A stretch of DNA of 64,000 nt from Callorhinchus milii. Lineage: Eukaryota. Shown here piece after piece: positions 62,643 to 64,000 of the stretch (the first letter of the stretch is position 1; the number at the start of each line of letters is the position of its first letter). The stretch is taken from contig NW_024704742.1 in assembly GCF_018977255.1 (NCBI RefSeq), forward strand, positions 53,384,001-53,448,000, in the 5' to 3' direction. Made by a program: the position numbers and the translations under genes. Below the pieces are notes generated by a model. That model did not search any database and was not told the DNA's origin. It worked only from the letters and a program-made list of their open reading frames with translations.

Positions 62643-64000
62643 ATTAGACATTTAACTATAATGTATCCTTCCAATGTACATGACTGAAAGGCAACCCCAA
62701 AACATTATGGTTCTTAAATATTTATTATTTCAATATACATAATCATTATGAGTGCCTGGATAGGCAAAAGACTTAGCAATTCCCGAGGAACACCTCAAAC
62801 TAGCAGCTGTGACCAATGCACATCTTGTTCTCTCAGGTTTCACACTTCTCATCCTTCAGAAGCTGTGTGCCTCTGCAGTGTTATCTAATATAATACCAAT
62901 TGCAGATGTTCAGTCCCTACTGTCTGCATTCCACTTGAATATCCTTACATGAGATGATAAATTGAAGCCCAGTGCCTATTGACCAGAGTAGCTACATGAA
63001 TATCAACGCCGTCATTCCATCAACTCTGTAATAGCTCCACGTGCTTTAATCCTCCATAGCGAGACCTGTGTTAGAAGTCAATTACTGAGCTTTGTTTCAG
63101 GTTTTGGACCAAATAGTGCATTGTTAATCAATCATCTCTTTTGATGAGGTTCCACAGCAAGACTTTCCATCTCTTTTGTATGGTCACTCCTGCCTGGATT
63201 CTTTTGCTGTTGTTTACACTTTTGCTACCTGCTAACACATCGGGTCATGTTGCACAGTGGCTTAACACAAAATAAATGATGCCATTAACACTTAATAATG
63301 GAAGGAAAGTACCTCCAATACTAGAGCTGTTGGTGCCGAGGTGCTCTTCTGATTACAGCCAAGCAATTGCTTCCAATATGAATCATTTCCTTTGCGAAGG
63401 TGCCTCAGAGGGCAAAATTATCAAGTGCCTTCTGAAACTCTAGGTACATAACCTCCACTGTGTTACTATTATTTAGAGATTCTGATAATCCTCAAAGAAT
63501 TCTAATATATTTGTTAGGCTTAAACCAAACTTTCATAAACCTCCCCCATGGAATGCTGTACACTGTCCGGCACCTTGGGACGTCCTTCCGACGTGAAAGG
63601 CGCTATACAAATGTAATCTTGTTGTTGTTGTTTGAATACAGAAAACACAGTTATTGCACTTTACAGGATAACCTGTGAAGCGCTTTGAGATGTCCTCACA
63701 TCATGAAAAGTACTGTATCAAATGCAAGGATTATTATAATTTATCCAATTTCCTTCTTCCTCCTTTATCTCAAGAGCTTTCACTTTAACTGAAATTCTCG
63801 TGTAAGCCATATTCTTAAGTGCCTTCCGAAAGTCTAGGTGTTACTCTTATTTACTGATTTTGATAATCCTCAGGGAATTCTAATACATTTGTTGGGCACA
63901 TAAACTTGTATTTCATAAACTCATGTTAGTTTGGAATTATTGCCTTTTTACTCTTGTTAAATGCTCTTGAATTGCTTCCCCTACAATGTGTGTCAATGCT

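Noticed and set aside
63130..63245. Minus-strand W-QVA...QKRWK pattern resembling a Myb/SANT domain
   Set aside because: Needs several frameshifts and stops; too weak without an HMM search.

Overview
Repeat-rich, AT-rich vertebrate genomic DNA. The repeat inventory points to a cartilaginous fish, probably a chimaera/holocephalan (inferred from memory of these families, not from a search). There is no prokaryotic gene structure, operon or CRISPR array, and almost all ORF-track entries are chance ORFs or transposon fragments. The only credible host coding sequence is a minus-strand exon at the left edge (acceptor at 354-355, ATG at 336, 112 stop-free codons running off the window). The ORF track misses it and I cannot name the gene. 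Candidate upstream exons or promoter lie in a roughly 3 kb TE-poor island at about 13.5-16.5 kb. The rest is layered transposon debris: one near-full-length decayed CR1 LINE, many CR1 and L2 3' fragments, a young tRNA-Ala-headed Deu-type SINE with older relatives, AmnSINE2-like SINEs, an R4/Dong fossil, palindromic MITEs, and a Penelope-type fragment with a degenerate hammerhead ribozyme. The least-explained element is a structured, apparently non-coding retroposon family of about 700 bp or more (six copies) that I cannot assign. I found no convincing new protein-coding system. Repeat boundaries are approximate.
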